Of a stretch of DNA of 9,568 nt, positions 5,269 to 9,568 are shown in pieces. The notes beneath the pieces are model-generated. The model ran no database searches. It saw nothing but the letters and a program-made list of their open reading frames with translations, and was not told the DNA's origin. Each line of letters opens with the position of its first letter. Position 1 is the first letter of the stretch. The stretch is from an uncultured archaeon (GTDB taxonomy: Archaea > Iainarchaeota > Iainarchaeia > Iainarchaeales > 0-14-0-20-30-16). The position numbers were made by a program, and so were the translations under genes. The stretch covers positions 3,948-13,515 of the forward strand of contig CAZMGA010000017.1 of NCBI GenBank assembly GCA_964565725.1. The letters run 5' to 3'.

Positions 5269-5819
5269 TTCTTAATAAAAAAAGAACAAATTAATGTATT
5301 TATATCATTAATATAATATTTCTCATTATTTGTAATATATTTTGTAATTATTAAATAACCTTTATTATTTTCTATAAAACCATATAAATTTTGAGTATAT
5401 TCTAAATTATTGTATTTAAATTTAATTTTAAAATTATCATATTCTCTATTATTTATAGTGATTTTTTTATCGTGTATTATTTCATAATTGGTAATTTTTT
5501 TTAAAGTATCTATTAGTAAACTTTTAGAACTTTTATTGTAATCTCCAATCCAAATTGATATAAATTCTGATGGATTATTTTCATTAAAAATTAATGTTAA
5601 ATCGTTATTTACATTTTCTAATTTACCTAATTTCCAACTTTTATTTACTATTATTGAAAAATTATCTAAATTATAAATTCCATAATTACTTGTATTGCTA
5701 ATACATTGATTAGGTTTTATATCTTCTAATTTTAAATTATCAGTAGTATAATAATTATAAGTGTATAATATTACAAATATACATCCCAAAATTAGAAAAA
5801 TCCATGCTTTATAATTCAT
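5265..5819 (-). CDS. N-terminally anchored or secreted protein of unknown function
   Basis: 184 aa. Hydrophobic N-terminus MNYKAWIFLILGCIFVILYTY, then an Asn/Lys/Ile-rich globular part with alternating beta-like patterns. No SD precedes it. A TATA-like element lies about 25 nt upstream of the ATG. Confidence 0.7.
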   Translation of the reverse strand: MNYKAWIFLILGCIFVILYTYNYYTTDNLKLEDIKPNQCISNTSNYGIYNLDNFSIIVNKSWKLGKLENVNNDLTLIFNENNPSEFISIWIGDYNKSSKSLLIDTLKKITNYEIIHDKKITINNREYDNFKIKFKYNNLEYTQNLYGFIENNKGYLIITKYITNNEKYYINDINTLICSFFIKK

Positions 5820-5848
5820 AATTAAAAAACACGCAAAAATATTTAAAC
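5820..5848 (-). promoter_or_regulatory. 29-nt spacer combining T5/T6 termination tracts for the upstream transferase gene with a TATA-like TTTAAATA for a leaderless downstream gene
   Basis: The minus strand reads GTTTAAATATTTTTGCGTGTTTTTTAATT-ATG. TTTAAATA corresponds to plus 5840-5847, centred about 24-25 nt from ATG 5819. T5 is plus A-run 5835-5839 and T6 is plus A-run 5824-5829. No SD. Confidence 0.35.
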
Positions 5849-6856
5849 CTATATTATAAAAAATAGTAAAACTATTCCATCAATAACAAACTGTATTGTA
5901 AAAAATATTGCTACCATTTTCTTTTCTGTACAAGGATAAAAGATATGTTCAAATAAGAAATATAGCTTATGCCATTGAATATGTTTCTTGTTTTTATCAA
6001 AATACAAAGGAGTTAAAATATTATTTTTATCTACTGTAGAAATATGAGTATCTTTTCTTTTTGTTATTGGATAATATATAAAAGTATATATTACAAACAA
6101 AGCAAAATTAACTAAATAAAGTATACATAAATATATAGTTAATAATTCACAATTTCCTATTATTCCTGCGCAAGCTATTATTGCTCCAATCATTAAAGTT
6201 CCTGAATCTCCAATAAATATTTTTGAAGGATATTTGTTATAATAATAAAATGCAATTAATGCAGAAATAAATGGTACTAATAAAATAACTATTATATAAT
6301 TTTTAGTAATTATAGATATTAAAATAAAATAAAATAATGTGATAATTCCTAAACCTGCTTCTAACCCATTATAACCTGCTAAAAAGTTTGTAGCGTTAGC
6401 ATATATTGTAACAAACAAAGGTACAAAAACTAATGAATAAAATATCCATAAATTAACTTTGCCTATGAAAGGAATAGTTATGCTAGTGTCTCCTAATCTT
6501 GTTATAACTAATGGTATTGATGCTATTATTAACAAAATTATTTTTTGTAAAGGTTTTAATTCAAATAAATCATCAAAAATTCCTATTATGCATGTTAAAG
6601 TAACCACTAAAATAGCTGTAATTAAATAATAGTTATAAGGAGGCATTAAAAAAGGATATAAAAATCCAGATCCAAAAATAAAACCTAATAATATTACAAA
6701 TCCTCCTATGTTTGCAACTTTAGGTTTATTTAATTTATGAACATCAAATCCAAAAATATTGTGTTTTAATGCTAATTTAATATAATAACGAGAGAAAATA
6801 AAAGTAATTATAAATGATAAAATACATGAAATTATTAATAGGTACAAAGGCAACAT
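5849..6856 (-). CDS. aglH: Polyprenyl-phosphate N-acetylhexosamine-1-phosphate transferase (MraY/WecA/DPAGT1 family; AglH/Alg7-like)
   Basis: 335 aa, polytopic (about 10 TM helices). Family motifs: GIFDDLFELKP (DD), NATNFLAGYNGLEAGLG (the eukaryote/archaeal DPAGT1-type NxxNxLAGxNGLEAG rather than the bacterial DGxDGL), and KIFIGDSGTLMIGA (GDxGS). The ATG lies 6 nt after the AglB stop, behind a GAGTGA SD-like element. The symbol is by analogy to Methanococcus voltae AglH. Confidence 0.85.
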   Translation of the reverse strand: MLPLYLLIISCILSFIITFIFSRYYIKLALKHNIFGFDVHKLNKPKVANIGGFVILLGFIFGSGFLYPFLMPPYNYYLITAILVVTLTCIIGIFDDLFELKPLQKIILLIIASIPLVITRLGDTSITIPFIGKVNLWIFYSLVFVPLFVTIYANATNFLAGYNGLEAGLGIITLFYFILISIITKNYIIVILLVPFISALIAFYYYNKYPSKIFIGDSGTLMIGAIIACAGIIGNCELLTIYLCILYLVNFALFVIYTFIYYPITKRKDTHISTVDKNNILTPLYFDKNKKHIQWHKLYFLFEHIFYPCTEKKMVAIFFTIQFVIDGIVLLFFII

Positions 6857-6862
6857 ATTATT

Positions 6863-8890
6863 TCACTCATTTAACCAATATAGTTTTGAATTCCATTCTA
6901 AAACTTCTTCATGAGTTAAGCCAGTCATGTGTTCTTTTATATTAGTAAATTCTTCTTTATTTACTTTCCAAATTTTAACTGCTCCGTTATCATGAACTTT
7001 AGTAAAATATTTTGTTATTTCTGGATCATTAAACCATAATTTATACATTGTTCTTTTATTATTTTCTAAATCTAACATAAATATTGCACCTAATTTTTTA
7101 TCTAAATAATATATTACTGGTAATTTATTTTGCCATATTGATATTGGATTAGTAGTATAATTTGTAGGATATTTAGATAATTGTGCTAAACTAGGATTAA
7201 ATGATAATCTTTGATTACCAATATATGTCAAACTAGTACATTGATAATTTTGATAATTTATTTGTTGACATCCAAAAGGAATTATAATATTATTTGAAAT
7301 GTTGTATGCATTTTTTTCTAAAACATTTGCATACATTTGATAAGTATTTATACCTAATAATGTATCATAAGAAATTACAATATAATCTGAATCATATGCT
7401 TTAATTATTCCTAATGCTTTGTTTAAATCTTTTTCCAAAACAAATGCTGAAAAATCACCATTAGCTTGTTGATCTGCATTAGTATTATCTGTTGATGCTC
7501 TTTTATGTCCTATATATGTTATCCAATGACCCCAAGACCACCAATTAAACATTTTTGCATTTTCTGGTAAATCATTTTTCATAAATTCTAAAGAATCTAT
7601 CCAACCTTGTTCTGAAACAATATTTGGAGTGTGATTAAATGTAAATATTACTCCTGAGGCAATTCCTCCAAATAATAAAAACCCAGTTAAAACAGTTAAG
7701 AATATTTTCAAAGATTTTTTTATTTTATCTTCTTTAATTGCAATTATTAATGTAGCTATAGTAAAAGCAGCTAAAATTGTTAATCCTATTCCAAACCAAT
7801 ATGTTGCTTTTAGTTTATTATATGCTAAATACATTGTTGCAAATCCAATTACAAAACTTAATATTGCAATAGGTATGTTCCTATTTTTATATAAAGAATA
7901 AATAAATGCAATAATAAACAAAAATATAAAAGGTAAAAACATTCCATATTTGTTAGGAAAAGCTCCAATACCCATAGATTCTTCTCCAACAGATTTAGCA
8001 GCAAAACTTGATGATTCATTTTTTTGTGTATTTATTAAGTTTTCATTTACAAATATTCCTTTAGCATAATTTACTTGATAATTTAACCAATTAGTATTTG
8101 CCAAAGCCCCTAAAATACCAGTTATTGCAAATATTATTGCAAATAAAGATAAAAATGCAATAATTTTCTTTTTGTCTACTTTTTTAATTAAACAATATAT
8201 TAAATAAATTACAAAATAAGCTTCTAATAATACTGGTACAATAACAAATACACTCCATGTAAAAGCCATAATTCCAAACATTAATCCTGAAAGTGTAGCA
8301 TAAATTATATTTTCTTTATTTAATTTTGGATCTTTTAAAGCTTTAATTAAAAATGCAAAACCTAATGTAAACCATAAAAAACCATAAGAATCTTCTTCAT
8401 AAAACCCACCCATTTGTCTATATATGAAAGCGGGCATTACAGCACCTATAAAACCAGCAATATATCCTATAATATTACTGTTATAAGCCCATTTAAATAA
8501 TAAGTAAATAGCTAATGCTGTTAAAGCTCCATATAATGCGGGTAAAATTCTTACTAAAGCTATCCAATTTTCTTGTGTATATTGTGCTCCCAAATATACT
8601 AATTTATATGCTACAACTCCTGTGCCCCAAAAAAACCAAGAGTATTGTGGTGTAATTAATGATTTATTTGCATTATGGTATGTACCCATAGTATCTAATA
8701 TTGGTTTTTCTCCAGAAGATATCCAATCAGCATTCATTCTTGTATGCCAATAACTATCAAACTCAAACATTAAGTCATATCTTAATATTAAAGTTCTGAA
8801 ACCAAAAGCAATTATGAAAATTAAAAGTAATATTAAAATATGTTTCCAATATTTTATAAAAAATTGTTTTATTTTATTTAAAAAATTCAT
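6863..8890 (-). CDS. aglB: Archaeal oligosaccharyltransferase AglB (STT3/PglB family), short type, with non-canonical WWSWG in place of WWDYG
   Basis: 675 aa. The N-terminal roughly 430 aa are polytopic (about 13 TM). The first-loop motif MFEFDSYWHTRM resembles STT3 EFDPYFNYR, and the second acidic motif is GGFYEEDSYGFLW. The soluble C-terminal domain opens with FNWWSWGHWITYIGHKRASTDN, aligning to the sWWDYGhWI pattern. GGTGA SD at plus 8895-8899. Confidence 0.92.
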   Translation of the reverse strand: MNFLNKIKQFFIKYWKHILILLLIFIIAFGFRTLILRYDLMFEFDSYWHTRMNADWISSGEKPILDTMGTYHNANKSLITPQYSWFFWGTGVVAYKLVYLGAQYTQENWIALVRILPALYGALTALAIYLLFKWAYNSNIIGYIAGFIGAVMPAFIYRQMGGFYEEDSYGFLWFTLGFAFLIKALKDPKLNKENIIYATLSGLMFGIMAFTWSVFVIVPVLLEAYFVIYLIYCLIKKVDKKKIIAFLSLFAIIFAITGILGALANTNWLNYQVNYAKGIFVNENLINTQKNESSSFAAKSVGEESMGIGAFPNKYGMFLPFIFLFIIAFIYSLYKNRNIPIAILSFVIGFATMYLAYNKLKATYWFGIGLTILAAFTIATLIIAIKEDKIKKSLKIFLTVLTGFLLFGGIASGVIFTFNHTPNIVSEQGWIDSLEFMKNDLPENAKMFNWWSWGHWITYIGHKRASTDNTNADQQANGDFSAFVLEKDLNKALGIIKAYDSDYIVISYDTLLGINTYQMYANVLEKNAYNISNNIIIPFGCQQINYQNYQCTSLTYIGNQRLSFNPSLAQLSKYPTNYTTNPISIWQNKLPVIYYLDKKLGAIFMLDLENNKRTMYKLWFNDPEITKYFTKVHDNGAVKIWKVNKEEFTNIKEHMTGLTHEEVLEWNSKLYWLNE

Positions 8891-8923
8891 TAAATCACCA
8901 AAATTATAATATATAATAAATAA

Positions 8924-9568
8924 TTATTTTATAAATGTATTTTTATTTAACTTTTTGTTAGCAATATAAAATCTTTCAAAATTATCTGTTGGAAACCATT
9001 GTTTCTTATGTAAAAAGCCAAATAATCTTTCTTTTTTGGTTATTTTTTCAAATACTTCTTTTTCAATAGACATTTTTTTATCTTTCAAGTAATTTATAAT
9101 TTTTGGCTCTAAAATATATGCTCCTGCATTTATTAAATTACTATTTACCTTTTTAGTAGGTTTTTCTATAAATTTTATTATTTGATTATTTTTTAATTCT
9201 ATTACTCCATATTGAGATGTGTCTTTTACTTTAAATAACGCCAAAGTAGCTATTGCTTTATTTTTTTTATGTTCTTTAATCATTTCTTCAAAATTATAAT
9301 TTGCGATATTATCTCCATTAACTACAATAAATGTATTTTTTATTTTAAATTCATCAAAGGCCTTTTTTATTGATCCTCCCGTACCTAAATGTCCTGTTTT
9401 ATTACAAAAATAGATTTTTGTTTTTTTATCTTTGTAATTTTCAAAATATTTAATAATTTTTTCAGCTTTATAATCTATTGCTAAAATTATATTATTAATA
9501 TTATTCTTTTTTAGATTTTCAATAGTATAGTCCAATATTGTTTTGTTTTGAACTTTTATTAAAGGTTT
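8924..9568 (-). CDS. Sugar-1-phosphate nucleotidyltransferase (NDP-sugar pyrophosphorylase, NTP_transferase fold), N-terminus outside the window
   Basis: The reading frame stays open to the window edge. The 11 codons upstream of the TTG at 9535 read KPLIKVQNKTI, the conserved KPL(v/i).v..k.il segment of this family. The gene is therefore truncated by the window and does not start at 9535. Further motifs: GTGGSI, VVNGDN, FIEKP, NAGAYI. Sugar and nucleotide specificity cannot be read from the sequence. Confidence 0.85.
   Translation of the reverse strand, partial: KPLIKVQNKTILDYTIENLKKNNINNIILAIDYKAEKIIKYFENYKDKKTKIYFCNKTGHLGTGGSIKKAFDEFKIKNTFIVVNGDNIANYNFEEMIKEHKKNKAIATLALFKVKDTSQYGVIELKNNQIIKFIEKPTKKVNSNLINAGAYILEPKIINYLKDKKMSIEKEVFEKITKKERLFGFLHKKQWFPTDNFERFYIANKKLNKNTFIK

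Noticed and set aside
5748-5819. Lipobox-like LILGC in the N-terminus of the 184-aa protein (possible lipoprotein)
   Set aside because: The hydrophobic stretch continues well past the Cys (IFVILYTY). The Cys therefore sits mid-helix, not at a signal-peptide cleavage site. A signal anchor or ordinary signal peptide is more likely.
3616-5819. N-x-S/T sequon enrichment in the two exported proteins as evidence that they are AglB substrates
   Set aside because: The hand count (for example four sequons in the 184-aa protein) is about what the very high Asn content predicts. No enrichment can be claimed.
9533-9535. TTG at 9535 offered by the ORF track as the start of the nucleotidyltransferase gene
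   Set aside because: The frame stays open to the window edge. The upstream 11 codons (KPLIKVQNKTI) are a conserved part of the family's N-terminal nucleotide-binding region. The gene is truncated by the window rather than starting here.
1-9568. CRISPR arrays, IS elements or transposases, integrases, prophage or defence genes, rRNA/tRNA genes, and recoded stop codons
   Set aside because: There are no spaced direct repeats of CRISPR type. No ORF shows DDE, tyrosine- or serine-recombinase, nuclease or ATPase motifs. No G+C-rich structured-RNA island is present. All ORFs are intact under the standard code, with TAA, TAG and TGA all acting as stops.

Overview
Very AT-rich, gene-dense window: about 95% falls inside the listed ORFs. 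It looks archaeal. Support: an STT3/AglB oligosaccharyltransferase, a DPAGT1/AglH-type GlcNAc-1-P transferase, a TrmB-family regulator, an NMD3-family zinc-ribbon protein, an archaea-type cro/C1 HTH regulator, GGTGA-type Shine-Dalgarno elements and TTTATATA-type TATA boxes. Small proteins, tiny spacers and Asn/Lys/Ile-rich composition suggest a reduced-genome lineage such as DPANN or a host-associated methanogen; that is inference only. I support 12 CDS, two of them cut by the window edges, in five transcription blocks: (+)1-69; (-)79-600; (+)657-2451; (-)2452-4188; (+)4370-5080; (-)5265-9568. The right-hand block plus the PAP2 gene at the left edge make a compact lipid-linked N-glycosylation toolkit: NDP-sugar pyrophosphorylase, AglB, AglH-like transferase and a candidate polyprenyl-PP phosphatase. 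I see no rRNA, tRNA, CRISPR array, transposase, integrase or recognisable defence enzyme. I could not identify a clear-cut new multi-gene system. The best leads are: (1) the AglB catalytic WWDYG motif reads WWSWG; (2) a 184-nt convergent spacer has its own TATA box and a chain of hairpins, a candidate small RNA; (3) two uncharacterised operons, a UBA-like/coiled-coil protein coupled to a minimal NMD3 and a membrane beta-sandwich protein + coiled-coil protein + HTH regulator; (4) all three TGA stops sit inside GTGA SD-like cores for the next gene; (5) a repeat-rich TrmB control region; (6) convergent genes abut on an 18-bp perfect palindrome, with terminator T-tracts inside the partner gene. 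All family assignments come from motif recognition by eye, with no searches run.
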